Shown here: piece after piece, positions 9,402 to 19,433 of the stretch | Position numbering within the stretch: position 1 is the stretch's first letter | Layout: each line of letters starts with the position of its first letter | DNA from: an uncultured Verrucomicrobiae bacterium | GTDB taxonomy: Bacteria; Chlamydiota; Chlamydiia; Chlamydiales; Rhabdochlamydiaceae | Assembly (NCBI GenBank): GCA_963718565.1 | Contig: OY970364.1 | Location: forward strand, 1,760,001 to 1,824,000 | DNA: 64,000 nucleotides | Reading direction: 5' to 3' | Notes under the pieces: generated by a model | What the model was told of the DNA's origin: nothing | The model's input: the letters and a program-made list of their open reading frames with translations, nothing else | Databases searched by the model: none | Program-made: the position numbers and the translations under genes

Positions 9402-12262
9402 GCGCTCATTTCATATTCAAAAGGACGAGTGTAGATCGACCAGGGTTTACGATCGCTTCCATTGAGCCAATGTTTCCACCCACTCATTGGCATCCCTTGA
9501 GACGATGTGCGATCAAGACGCCAGAGTTCTAAACGCCCATTTCCGGGATTGACGACGAACCCAAAAAAATTGTTTGTCCAATTCGCGTCTGCAAATAACA
9601 AGGGAGTGGGCGGTGCGATCCCGACAAAACGAGCGTGCATGGCAACAAATAGATGCAAATCGAAAGGAAGGGCGAATTTTCTTTGAGACAGAAGATAGCA
9701 ACCTTTCGCTGCATCCCGAACCTCTTTTGCTGTCATCAAAGGTGGGGGAACATCTGAAAAGAGCTGTAAAGTATGCTCCACCTCATCGCTCATCAGGTCG
9801 GAAAGAATGCGGCGCACTAGCACTTTCCATTCTTTTCCGGGGACAAGAGGCAATGTCGAAAATAAGAATACGTCAATTCTATCTGCAAGTGCCCGCTGCT
9901 GCTGGGAAGAGTGGGGCTGGGTGCGCTCAGCCCATGCATCGAGAAGCATTTTATGCCATTCTACAACAGAAAGCTTCTTGTCGGATGTCATAAAAACTTG
10001 ACTTAAGTAATGCCCAAGCAGTGGAGGAAGTTCTTCATAGAACCTCGAGAGCAAAAAAGATTGTTCTTCTGGGCTAAGACGCATGTCAGCGTAAAAATGG
10101 TGGCTAGGTAAAAAGAGAGAATCACGGACCCATGTATAGGTAAACATCTCTTCTTGCCACCCCAAACGAAAAAACTCTTGACCAGGAAGAAGGAGGAAAG
10201 CGTGAGAAGGGGAGGCCATCAGCATGGCTTTGCGCGGATCTTTAAGAAAAGCGTCTGTGATTTTAGGCGGGAGATTTTTTAATGCATCGAGAATAAAAAT
10301 TAGCAATTCACTTTCACTTTCTACCCACTTTTCTTCGGATGTCAGCTCGCTTTCTCGACAGTAATATGTTTTTAAGAGGGTCGTCATGGTCCCTCCTGAA
10401 GGATAGGCCCATGGTTTCTTTTCAACCGCTTGTAAATTTTTTAAAGGAGCTTGCGTGATGGGCGCTCGATGAACTTTCGCCATGCGCCGAAAAGCTGTTT
10501 CCAAAAAAACGGGGGTTCTTACATGCGCAATGATCGATGAGGTGATACTTAAAACTTCTTCTTGGCCACCCTCCCAATCACACTCTGCAGCAATGTGCGA
10601 TTCTGTTGCTGAGAAAAAATTAAGCAGGGCTTCAATATACCTTTCAGCATCATAAATCAGCGTCCACGTAGAAGGATCCGCCCGTCCATGTTTGTAGACC
10701 AATCGGAAACCCGCGGGGCTGTCATCGTACATATCCCCTTGAAAATCCTGCATCTCCGCGTCATATATTTCCTGAAAATATTCAGGAAATTTTTGATCGT
10801 ACGCTTTGATGAGAAACGACAATAAATTGGAGTAATTTGACCCACGTGCATACACAGTGTCGCGCATTTCCAAGCACGTGCGCATGTGATAAGCACGAGA
10901 TTGATATTCCGCTTGAAGGCGGCGGGCATCCGATTCTGAGCTAACATTGCGGAACAATGCTTCCGTTGCTCTGACTTGATCAAAGGCAATCTCATATTGC
11001 TTTTGATACTCTTCGATCTTTTTATTCAGCTCTTTGATTTTTTCATCCATCTCGCGATGGATCAACTGGCCGATGCCTCCCTGTTCTTCTGGAGAAAGCC
11101 CTAAGCTTACATAGAGATTCCAGCGCGAGAACTCCATTTTGACCTCAGAAAAAGAAGCAAGGGTAAATTCCCAACATTTGAGCAAGGCATTCTCGCACAT
11201 CCCATTAAAGGCCGCTCTAGCCTCCTTTTCTTTTTGTTTGAACGCTTCGATCTGTTCCAGTTTACGTGAAACATTGGCATCAGGACCTCCTAGAATCATT
11301 TGAGCGCTTTTGAAATGTGCGATTTCCAGGCTTCGACTTCTTTCAATGTCCTCTTCTGTTAAAAGCAATTTTTCAAGCAAGACTTGACGGATCAGATCTG
11401 CGGAAGTCAGTTGATTTTTCCCAAGAGCATAAGATTGAATCAGTCTCTCTACTTTTTCACCCAGCTCTTCGATGGGCAAATTCGATTCTGTTGCGCCAGA
11501 GACTTGCATCGCAGCAATCAAACCGGGGCAAAAGCCCACTCTAGCCTTGGAATCTTTTGCGATTAAATTTTTTTTAAGATCTCCAATTCCCGTACTTGGA
11601 CTTAAAGGAACTGCATATTCCATTCCCCCAAATGTCCGCTTTAATTTCCCCGTAGATAGAAGTTGGTAAAGGTCGTCAAGAAAAAGGGAAACTTGCTCTT
11701 TCTGAATGATAATTGCAGGTGCAGTGGCAAAGCACGACCCTACATTTTGACGCAAGGGCGTTAAGCAGGCGCATAGGACAGCTGCCCTAATCTGAGCATC
11801 CGTCAATGTCGATGTAGGATTTAATCCCAAGGTTTCGAAGACAAGCTTTTCCGCCCATTTGTGACAAAGAGGTTTTTGAAACCTTTTAAGCAGCTTGAGA
11901 ATCTCTTCCTGGCTCAACATACGCAAAAATCCCATGATGTGCTCCTGAATAACCCCATCATTGGAACCTTGCGGAAAGAAAATGTATCCTTCTTGCTCAA
12001 AAACTGTGATTATTTTTTTTAAAAGGTCTTGTTTGAGATCTCCCTTCTCATCGATCAAAGCAAGAGAGAGACGCCGCGCCCGATGAAGTGCTCTGAAACG
12101 AAAACTCTCTTGAACAGATGATAGGTCGAACAAAAAAGAAAGCCTTGCTTCACTTGGCAAATCCAAGAGCTGGACAAAAAAATGATCTTTTTTCTCATCC
12201 AGCAAATGTAAGAAGATATGAGCCAAAAACTGAGGATCTGTACAAGGAAGATGAAACATCAT
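9395..12262 (-). CDS. Conserved chlamydial hypothetical protein (CT590-like, 955 aa)
   Basis: Long ORF with PLRQNVGSCFATAPA and FADANW motifs recalled from a chlamydia-wide protein of similar length. Confidence 0.75.
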   Translation of the reverse strand: MMFHLPCTDPQFLAHIFLHLLDEKKDHFFVQLLDLPSEARLSFLFDLSSVQESFRFRALHRARRLSLALIDEKGDLKQDLLKKIITVFEQEGYIFFPQGSNDGVIQEHIMGFLRMLSQEEILKLLKRFQKPLCHKWAEKLVFETLGLNPTSTLTDAQIRAAVLCACLTPLRQNVGSCFATAPAIIIQKEQVSLFLDDLYQLLSTGKLKRTFGGMEYAVPLSPSTGIGDLKKNLIAKDSKARVGFCPGLIAAMQVSGATESNLPIEELGEKVERLIQSYALGKNQLTSADLIRQVLLEKLLLTEEDIERSRSLEIAHFKSAQMILGGPDANVSRKLEQIEAFKQKEKEARAAFNGMCENALLKCWEFTLASFSEVKMEFSRWNLYVSLGLSPEEQGGIGQLIHREMDEKIKELNKKIEEYQKQYEIAFDQVRATEALFRNVSSESDARRLQAEYQSRAYHMRTCLEMRDTVYARGSNYSNLLSFLIKAYDQKFPEYFQEIYDAEMQDFQGDMYDDSPAGFRLVYKHGRADPSTWTLIYDAERYIEALLNFFSATESHIAAECDWEGGQEEVLSITSSIIAHVRTPVFLETAFRRMAKVHRAPITQAPLKNLQAVEKKPWAYPSGGTMTTLLKTYYCRESELTSEEKWVESESELLIFILDALKNLPPKITDAFLKDPRKAMLMASPSHAFLLLPGQEFFRLGWQEEMFTYTWVRDSLFLPSHHFYADMRLSPEEQSFLLSRFYEELPPLLGHYLSQVFMTSDKKLSVVEWHKMLLDAWAERTQPHSSQQQRALADRIDVFLFSTLPLVPGKEWKVLVRRILSDLMSDEVEHTLQLFSDVPPPLMTAKEVRDAAKGCYLLSQRKFALPFDLHLFVAMHARFVGIAPPTPLLFADANWTNNFFGFVVNPGNGRLELWRLDRTSSQGMPMSGWKHWLNGSDRKPWSIYTRPFEYEMSAK

Positions 12263-12304
12263 TTTTGCCTTTATATTTTGGACAGCAATGATTTACAATT
12301 AATA

Positions 12305-12640
12305 ACCTGAGTTTTGGGTTCATTTTATAGTAAATTGTCGTAGGTTTCGAGGCAATTTTTGCAAATTTTGGCGCGTTCAATATACTGCGCCCGCTTAGGT
12401 TTTGCGAATTTTGACTCTGCGAGACGAAGCAAAATCGAAGCGAAGCGGCCGAACGAGCGAGACCATTGCTGAATAGCAAGGCGAGCGAGAAGGATCGATT
12501 TGGCAAAGTCGCAGCCTGTCAAAATTCGCAAAACCTAAGCGGGCGCAGTATAGCTGGAGGCACCTATGGACGCGCCAAAATGTAAAAAAAGTGCCCGAAA
12601 GATACGGCAAGGTACTATGAAAGGGACCCAAAACTCAGGT
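12305..12640. mobile_element. MITE-like long imperfect palindrome, family D, containing a nested family C element
   Basis: acctgagttttgggt.. / ..acccaaaactcaggt with TA flanks; about 70-bp imperfect arms. Confidence 0.8.
12383..12550. mobile_element. MITE-like element, family C (168 bp)
   Basis: Perfect 33-bp TIR tactgcgcccgcttaggttttgcgaattttgac, TA duplication. Confidence 0.9.
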
Positions 12641-12673
12641 TAATGACAAAAAGACCAGAGGATTTTTTTTAAA

Positions 12674-14602
12674 ATGCGGATCAGAATCAATAAACAAGAA
12701 ATCGAGCTTCCAGAAGGAAGTTCCGCCAAGGATTTAGCCGAAAAACTCAACTTACGCGGCCCCGATCAATCTTTTGCCGCAAAAATCAATGGCGCAATGT
12801 GCGATCTTTCCATCCCATTAAAGAATGGCGACGAAGTGGAACTTGTCCATTTTGAGGACCCGCGAGGGAAAGAAGTCTACTGGCACACTTCTGCACATGT
12901 TCTCGCCCAAGCCATTCTGCGCCTCTATCCCAACGCCAAACCCACCATTGGCCCCCCGATCGAACAGGGCTTTTATTATGATTTTGCCAATCTTACCGTC
13001 TCTGAAGAAGATTTTGAAAAGATTGAAAAAGAGGTTCAAAAAATCATCGATGAAAATTATCGCTCCGAGCGTCATGTGCTAAAAGGGAAAAAGGAGGCCT
13101 TGGAAAAATTTAAGGACAATCCCTATAAATGTGAATTGATCGAAGGATTCAAAGACAGCGATGAGATTTCCGCCTACTCGCAAGGGGAGTTCTTTGATCT
13201 TTGCCGGGGTCCTCATCTGCCCAACTTAGGAAAAATCAAAGCCTTTAAAATTCTCAAAACCTCTGGCGCCTACTGGAAAGGAGATTCCAACCGCGAAATG
13301 TTAACGCGGATTTACGCCATCTCCTTCCCTGATCGCAAACTTCTTAAAGAATATCTTCATTTCCTAGAGGAAGCCAAAAAACGCGATCACAAAATGATCG
13401 GACCCAAACTCGATCTTTTTTCTTTGGAAGAAGAAGGGCCTGGCATGCCCTTTATTCATCCTAAAGGAATGATCATTTGGAACCATTTGATCGGATTCTT
13501 AAGGCAGCTGCACGATAAGGCAGGCTACGTTGAAATCAAAACTCCGCAGATCCTCAGCCAAACACTTTGGGAAACTTCCGGACACTGGTTCCACTATCGA
13601 GAAAATATGTACGCGTTCAGCATCGAAGATCGCCACTATGCGATCAAGCCGATGAACTGTCCAGGCTGCATGTTGTATTACAAGTCGCAGACGCATAGCT
13701 ATCGCGAGTTACCTCTGCGTATTGCTGAAATTGGCCATGTGCACAGACATGAAGCATCTGGAGCCCTAAGCGGCCTATTCCGGGTGCGCAGTTTTCATCA
13801 AGACGATGCCCATCTTTTTATGCGTCCATCGGATATCAAACATGAAATTATGAGCGTGATTGGCCTTGTCGATGAGATCTATTCCACATTTGGATTGCCC
13901 TATCGCTTAGAATTGTCGACGCGTCCAGAAAAAAGCATTGGTTCAGATCAGGATTGGGAAATCGCTATAGCCGGTTTGAAAGATGCCCTCGATGCTTGGG
14001 ATCAGCCTTATCGCATCAATGAAGGGGATGGCGCTTTTTACGGTCCTAAAATCGATATCCATATCAAGGACACACTGGGTAGATCATGGCAGTGCGGGAC
14101 GATCCAGCTTGACATGGCGCTTCCCGAAAAATTCCAACTGGAATATATGGATAGTGACGGACAGCTGAAACGCCCTGTAATGATTCATCGCGCCCTGTTT
14201 GGCTCCATTGAGCGTTTCATGGGGATATTGATCGAGCATTTTGCCGGCAAATTTCCATTGTGGATAAGTCCAAGGCAAGTCTGCGTCATTACAATCGCAG
14301 ATCGACATCAAAAGTATGCGCATCAGATTGCTTCAGAAGTTAAAAAGGCCGGTTTCTTGTGCGACGTCGATGACACCTCAGAATCGGTCAATAAAAAGAT
14401 CCGCAATGCTCAGCTCTTGCAATATAACTATATGCTGACCGTCGGTGATAAGGAATTTGAAAAACGAACAATCAATGTGCGCACACGTGATAATGTTGTC
14501 CACGGCGAGCTCGAATTGAAAAACTTTATCAGCACGATTGAAAAAGAGAGCACGACAAAATCGCTGACATCCGCTTACGCCAAAGAGGAAGCTAATGCAT
14601 AA
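12674..14602 (+). CDS. thrS: Threonine--tRNA ligase
   Basis: TGS N-terminus; HTSAHVLAQA, DLCRGPH, KPMNCPGC, GAFYGPKID, WQCGTIQLD. Confidence 0.98.
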   Translation: MRIRINKQEIELPEGSSAKDLAEKLNLRGPDQSFAAKINGAMCDLSIPLKNGDEVELVHFEDPRGKEVYWHTSAHVLAQAILRLYPNAKPTIGPPIEQGFYYDFANLTVSEEDFEKIEKEVQKIIDENYRSERHVLKGKKEALEKFKDNPYKCELIEGFKDSDEISAYSQGEFFDLCRGPHLPNLGKIKAFKILKTSGAYWKGDSNREMLTRIYAISFPDRKLLKEYLHFLEEAKKRDHKMIGPKLDLFSLEEEGPGMPFIHPKGMIIWNHLIGFLRQLHDKAGYVEIKTPQILSQTLWETSGHWFHYRENMYAFSIEDRHYAIKPMNCPGCMLYYKSQTHSYRELPLRIAEIGHVHRHEASGALSGLFRVRSFHQDDAHLFMRPSDIKHEIMSVIGLVDEIYSTFGLPYRLELSTRPEKSIGSDQDWEIAIAGLKDALDAWDQPYRINEGDGAFYGPKIDIHIKDTLGRSWQCGTIQLDMALPEKFQLEYMDSDGQLKRPVMIHRALFGSIERFMGILIEHFAGKFPLWISPRQVCVITIADRHQKYAHQIASEVKKAGFLCDVDDTSESVNKKIRNAQLLQYNYMLTVGDKEFEKRTINVRTRDNVVHGELELKNFISTIEKESTTKSLTSAYAKEEANA

Positions 14603-15347
14603 AATCGCTGTGAGCAGCTTTAAGGGAGGCACCGCTAAAACTTCAACCTCCTTGCATGTTGGAGCGGCTTTAGCAAAATTTCATAGACAAAAGGTATTGC
14701 TCATCGACTTCGATGCGCAGGCAAACTTAACCACAGGCCTTGGGCTAGATCCTGATGCTCAAGACAGCATGGCGCCTGTTCTCCAGGGACAAAAAAACAT
14801 TCAAGATGTGATCCTTCCTACCTCCTTAAAAAATCTTGATTTGATTCCCGCAGATACTTGGTTAGAACGCGTTGAGGTCACAGGTCCGCTCGCTGCAGAC
14901 CGTTACTCTCACGAACGCCTAAAAGAAATTTTAAAACCTTTAAACTATGATACGATCATCATCGATACTCCGCCATCGCTTTGCTGGTTGACAGAGTCCT
15001 CTCTCATTGCTGCCAATCACTCTTTAGTGTGCGCCACTCCTGAATTCTATAGTATTAAAGGGTTGCAGCGCTTATCACAATTTATGGACAGCATTGCACA
15101 GCGGCATCCCTTCAATGTCCTTGGAGTTGCACTCTCATTCTGGAATCCTCGCGGCAAAAGCAATGAAGCATTTTTGGAAGTGATTGAAAGTACGTTCCCC
15201 GGAAAACTACTCAATTCCAAAGTACGCCGAGACATCTGTGTTTCCGAAGCTTCCGTGTATGGGAAGCCCATTTTTGAGATCGCCCCTAAAGCCCGTGCCT
15301 CGGAAGATTATATCGCACTCACTAAAGAAATCTTGAAACGAATGTAA
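14595..15347 (+). CDS. ParA/MinD-family ATPase (CT582 / pGP5-like)
   Basis: KGGTAKTS deviant Walker A, LIDFDAQANLT, IIDTPPS; sits between thrS and pGP6-D. Confidence 0.92.
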   Translation: MHKIAVSSFKGGTAKTSTSLHVGAALAKFHRQKVLLIDFDAQANLTTGLGLDPDAQDSMAPVLQGQKNIQDVILPTSLKNLDLIPADTWLERVEVTGPLAADRYSHERLKEILKPLNYDTIIIDTPPSLCWLTESSLIAANHSLVCATPEFYSIKGLQRLSQFMDSIAQRHPFNVLGVALSFWNPRGKSNEAFLEVIESTFPGKLLNSKVRRDICVSEASVYGKPIFEIAPKARASEDYIALTKEILKRM

Positions 15348-16094
15348 ATGCGCATGGCCAAAGTCAATTCACTCCTCACACAACGCCTCAAAATGGCGAC
15401 GGAAAAGTTCTCCAAGATGACACATCTTGTGGAAATGTCCTCCAGTGGCAATCTTTCCAGCTTTTCTGGGGTATTTCGTGTCGCAGAATTGAATGAAAAA
15501 GAAAAAGAAGTGCTTCTTTCTTTGCTCACGCAATACAACAATGGCAACCAAGAAATCGGCAACGACCTTTCCCAGCTGTCTGTTCTTACTGCCGAGGTAA
15601 AAGCGATTAACAACCAAGCGGTCATTCTTCATGGGGAAAGAATTAAAAAAGCGCAGGAAATTTTGAAAAATTATCGCGATGGCGCATTCAGTGCTTGGTT
15701 AATCGCCGCCTACGGAAACCGTCAGACGCCTTATAATTTTCTTCAATACTACGAACTATATACGACTCTTCCAGAAAAACTTCATCCTAAGCTCGACGAA
15801 ATGCCTCGCCAAGCCGTCTATAGCCTCGCAAGCAGAAATGGAGACCAGCAGCAAAAACAATCGATTATTCAAAATTATAGCGGCGAGCCAAAGCAGGAAT
15901 TGCTCAAACTCATTCGCGAGACTTTTCCACTCGCAGAAAATGATCGACGCGCACAAGATGTGGCGGATTCTGCCATCGGCGCCCTGCGCCGTTTGCAATC
16001 ACAGCTTTCCACACCCGCGTTTTCCCCATCGCCAAAACAAAAAACCCAGCTGCTTCACATGTTAAAAGAGCTCAAAACGCTCATTGAAAGATGA
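15348..16094 (+). CDS. Chlamydial pGP6-D-related protein (CT583-like)
   Basis: EVKAINNQAVILHGERIKKAQEILK, GAFSAWL, YGNRQTPYNFLQYYE, MPRQAVYSLASR. Confidence 0.9.
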   Translation: MRMAKVNSLLTQRLKMATEKFSKMTHLVEMSSSGNLSSFSGVFRVAELNEKEKEVLLSLLTQYNNGNQEIGNDLSQLSVLTAEVKAINNQAVILHGERIKKAQEILKNYRDGAFSAWLIAAYGNRQTPYNFLQYYELYTTLPEKLHPKLDEMPRQAVYSLASRNGDQQQKQSIIQNYSGEPKQELLKLIRETFPLAENDRRAQDVADSAIGALRRLQSQLSTPAFSPSPKQKTQLLHMLKELKTLIER

Positions 16095-17530
16095 TGGATG
16101 ATCTCAAACACTACCAATCCCCACTTTCAAATCGCTATGCAAGCGATGAGATGTCCTATCTTTTCTCTCCTCATTTTAAATTTTTAACATGGAGAAAGCT
16201 TTGGATCGCACTTGCTGTTGGACAAAAGAAATTAGGGCTTCCCATTTCCGATCTTCAAATCAATTCAATGTTAGATGCCCTCGAGAAAATCGATCTTTCC
16301 CGAGCGGAAGAATATGAGAAAAAATTCCGCCATGACGTGATGGCGCATATCCATGCCTTTGGCGACCTTTGCCCAGATGCGCGAGGGATTATTCATCTTG
16401 GAGCAACCTCTTGCTTTGTCACAGACAATACCGACCTTATTCAAATCAGCGAAGGACTGAAGATTATCCGCAATAAAATCTTGCAGGCAGTCCGTCAACT
16501 GCACTCCTTTGCCCAAGAATATGCCCCCCTGCCTTGTTTGAGCTATACACACTTCCAAGCAGCGCAACCGACAACTGTCGGCAAACGCGCGTGCCTTTGG
16601 CTCCAAGACCTTTTGATCGACCTTTCCGATGTCGAGAAGGTCCTTGAAGATATCCGTTTTTTAGGCGTCAAAGGAGCGACGGGCACTCAAGCCTCATTCC
16701 TATCTTTATTCGAAGGCGACCACCATAAAGTAAAACAACTGGAGGAGTTTGTCGCTAGAGAGATGGGATTCTCACGCCCGTTCTCCGTCACAGGGCAAAC
16801 TTATTCTCGCAAGCAAGACATTCGCATCCTTGCTGCCTTAAGCAGTTTCGCGGCCTCAACTCATAAGTTTGCCACTGATCTCCGCCTTCTAGCTCATTTA
16901 AAAGAGATTGAAGAACCTTTTGCTGAAAAGCAGATCGGTTCATCAGCGATGCCTTATAAGCGCAACCCAATGCGCAGTGAGCGCATTTGCGGCTTAAGCC
17001 GTTTTTTAATGTCGCTGAATGAAAATGCTCTTTATACCGAAGCGACACAATGGCTGGAACGCAGTTTAGATGATTCCGCAAATCGCAGGCTATATCTGCC
17101 CGATGCCTTTCTAACAGCGGATGCCATTTTAAATCTCCTGTGCAATATCACCTCTGGCATCATCGTTCATCCTAAAATCATTCAAAACCATCTCAACGAG
17201 GAACTTCCCTTCTTGGCAACAGAACAGTTTCTCATGGAAGCTGTCAAGAAGGGGAAAGACCGTCAAACTGTTCATGAGCGACTAAGAATCCATAGTTTCA
17301 AGGCTAGCCACCGCATCAAAGAAGAAGGAGGATCGAATGATTTGCTTGAGCGAATCAGCCAAGACTCTGAAGTTGGCCTTTCAAAGATTGAGATCGATAC
17401 ACTCATGGACGTCAAACTCTTTATCGGCCGCGCTACCCATCAAACGCATGATTTTCTCAATGAAGAAGTCGCTCCAGTGATTAAAAAGTATCAAGGCATT
17501 GCCACTTTCATCGCAGAGATCAAATTATAA
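16091..17530 (+). CDS. purB: Adenylosuccinate lyase
   Basis: RHDVMAH, IHLGATS, GSSAMPYKRNP signature, QWLERSLDDSA. Confidence 0.96.
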   Translation: MMDDLKHYQSPLSNRYASDEMSYLFSPHFKFLTWRKLWIALAVGQKKLGLPISDLQINSMLDALEKIDLSRAEEYEKKFRHDVMAHIHAFGDLCPDARGIIHLGATSCFVTDNTDLIQISEGLKIIRNKILQAVRQLHSFAQEYAPLPCLSYTHFQAAQPTTVGKRACLWLQDLLIDLSDVEKVLEDIRFLGVKGATGTQASFLSLFEGDHHKVKQLEEFVAREMGFSRPFSVTGQTYSRKQDIRILAALSSFAASTHKFATDLRLLAHLKEIEEPFAEKQIGSSAMPYKRNPMRSERICGLSRFLMSLNENALYTEATQWLERSLDDSANRRLYLPDAFLTADAILNLLCNITSGIIVHPKIIQNHLNEELPFLATEQFLMEAVKKGKDRQTVHERLRIHSFKASHRIKEEGGSNDLLERISQDSEVGLSKIEIDTLMDVKLFIGRATHQTHDFLNEEVAPVIKKYQGIATFIAEIKL

Positions 17531-18469
17531 ATCAGCAATGAATCCGATGGATTTGAGATAGGCAAAATTTCTTTGCACGTAAATAGGAAAGCTTTCATCA
17601 ATGGGCACGACAGGGTGGCTGTTAATTAATTGGTCCAATGCTTCTTCTGGGGTGCTTTCTCCATCAGAGTGGCCTTCTACGATGCTGCTGATTTTTTTTC
17701 TAATCTTGTCTTTACCTCCCATCCAAGTAAAATGCCATCCTCCATTGTAAATCCTAGGAAATTTCCAGCGATAATCGCGGAAATGCTGCACTCCAAACTT
17801 TTGAATCATGCTATAAGTTGTCGCAACTGTTCCCACCCAAGGCCCTCCTCCCCAAGATTCTCTATTCGATGTTTGCCGATTCAATTGAAAAAAATAGATC
17901 GACATTTCAAAGGCTCTGGCCCCATTGAGATAAAACATTTTCTCCGCCTTGCTCAATCCCTTTTTGCGTTTATTGTGCTTCTTGAAATGTTTCGTCTTTC
18001 CCTTTTTCAATAATCGCGCATTGCGTGCAGGAACCATTAGAATCAACTCTTTAATCAATCCTGGCCGAGGAATTTCATCCAAATCAGAAATGATGATGAG
18101 ATCCGAAGGATCGCAATGTTGCAGTCCACGAGCGATGCAATTGCGTTGAAAATTTTCTCGCCCCCATAAATCCATCTCAGGATGCCGCTCATCGACAATG
18201 ACATGGATAATTTTACTTAAATGTTTCTCAAAGAGCCCGCGATTTTCATTAAAATAAAGCGGCTTAGGATCTCCACGCTGCGTTTCCGCTGATTCAACAA
18301 GGACAAAGTGATCGACAACTTCATCCAGCTCTTCCAAACGCATTTTTAGCAACTCCATTTCATTGAAGAACATGAAACAGTCATAGATTTTAGAATGCGC
18401 AACCGTTGAAATGAAAAACAGAGCAAAGGAAATGAAGTAAAGGGAGATTTTTTTGATCACTATACCCAC
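17525..18469 (-). CDS. Glycosyltransferase family 17 protein with signal peptide
   Basis: IYDCFMFFNEMELLKMRL, HFVLVES, SDLDEIP, GGWHFTW. Start may be GTG 18460. Confidence 0.85.
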   Translation of the reverse strand: MGIVIKKISLYFISFALFFISTVAHSKIYDCFMFFNEMELLKMRLEELDEVVDHFVLVESAETQRGDPKPLYFNENRGLFEKHLSKIIHVIVDERHPEMDLWGRENFQRNCIARGLQHCDPSDLIIISDLDEIPRPGLIKELILMVPARNARLLKKGKTKHFKKHNKRKKGLSKAEKMFYLNGARAFEMSIYFFQLNRQTSNRESWGGGPWVGTVATTYSMIQKFGVQHFRDYRWKFPRIYNGGWHFTWMGGKDKIRKKISSIVEGHSDGESTPEEALDQLINSHPVVPIDESFPIYVQRNFAYLKSIGFIADL

Positions 18470-18490
18470 CTGAATTTTGGGTTTATTTTA
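18468..18490 (+). repeat. Family D left-end remnant
   Basis: acctgaattttgggtttatttta matches 21/23 of the element starting at 12305. Confidence 0.65.
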
Positions 18491-18672
18491 GAGGGAATTG
18501 CAAAATTCCTCGCCGCATAAAATCGCGCTTTTGGCACCTGTCGCCTTGGCGGCGGCTCTCCTACTTATCCAAGTATGCTTTCGCCGCCGCTAACCGAACC
18601 CGCTGTGCGGGTTCTGGCAACAGGTGCCAAAATCATCGATTTTCTGCTGGCGAGGAGTTTTGCAATTCCCTC
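18491..18672 (+). mobile_element. MITE-like element, family A (182 bp)
   Basis: TIR gagggaattgcaaaa.tcctcgcc; TTTA direct repeats; near-identical to 37198-37379. Confidence 0.92.
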
Positions 18673-18799
18673 TTTATACTGCGATTCTAATGAAAGAAAC
18701 CAAATGATTCCATACGTGCTTACCTCGATTCCTTATAGGTAGGGATAAGGCGACAAAAGGCATGTGAAGATTCAAGCTGAGGCAACTCCCTACGACCCA

Positions 18800-19148
18800 G
18801 AATACCAAGAGTATTTTCGAGTTGATCCTACCAGTATTATTACCAGGAGCTCCGCTCCTCGCCTTGGGGTTTCCTCCTCCTGGCCTGAATTTAGGTCTTT
18901 TAGGCGTTTTCGTTAGACGTGTGATTTCATCTTTGAGTTCTTGCACTGTCTTCTTCAAAGAGACTATTTCCTCGCTCTGCTCCTGAACAAGGACGACGAT
19001 TGTCTGAAGCCAAAGAACAGCGTGCAGTTCTGAAGGGATCTTAGAAAGGCATTTGTTTGAGTTCATGCCATAGCAGTCTAAATATAGGGCGCTCTGTTAT
19101 CAAGCGAAAGTTTTATTAATGGGTCTGGGCGTTTTGTTCTGACTTTAC
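18800..19148 (-). pseudogene. Transposase N-terminal remnant (IS66-like)
   Basis: Coiled coil plus QELKDEITRLTKTPKRPKFRP within ORF 18674-19066; possible GTAA terminus at 19148; no DDE domain. Left boundary approximate. Confidence 0.45.
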
Positions 19149-19162
19149 AAGCCGCTCAATTC

Positions 19163-19293
19163 ATACTTCCTCGGAGACCTGTGGCAAGCACTGAATGTCA
19201 TTTGGATCCATGCCTGATTGAGATCGATAAATGCAAAGCCTGGCATGGATCCAAATGACATTCAGTGCTTGCCATAGGTTTTTGAGGACGTAC
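19163..19293. mobile_element. Family B element (131 bp), arm-homogenised variant
   Basis: Perfect 33-bp stem 19182-19214 / 19242-19274; same length as 59337-59467. Confidence 0.88.
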
Positions 19294-19433
19294 TCTATCG
19301 ACAGGGTTCTCACAATTCTTTATCTCTTCGTTTTTCATAAGAGCTTTTAACTTTTCCCTCTCTTCCATTAATTTTGCCTCCTCCCAGGTAATGCCAAGGG
19401 GAGCCCATAAAAACTAAAAAACTTCTCTTCATT

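Noticed and set aside
14595..16094. Integrated chlamydial plasmid (pGP5/pGP6 homologs)
   Set aside because: thrS-ParA-pGP6-D is a known conserved chromosomal arrangement in chlamydiae; no other plasmid genes or att sites are visible.
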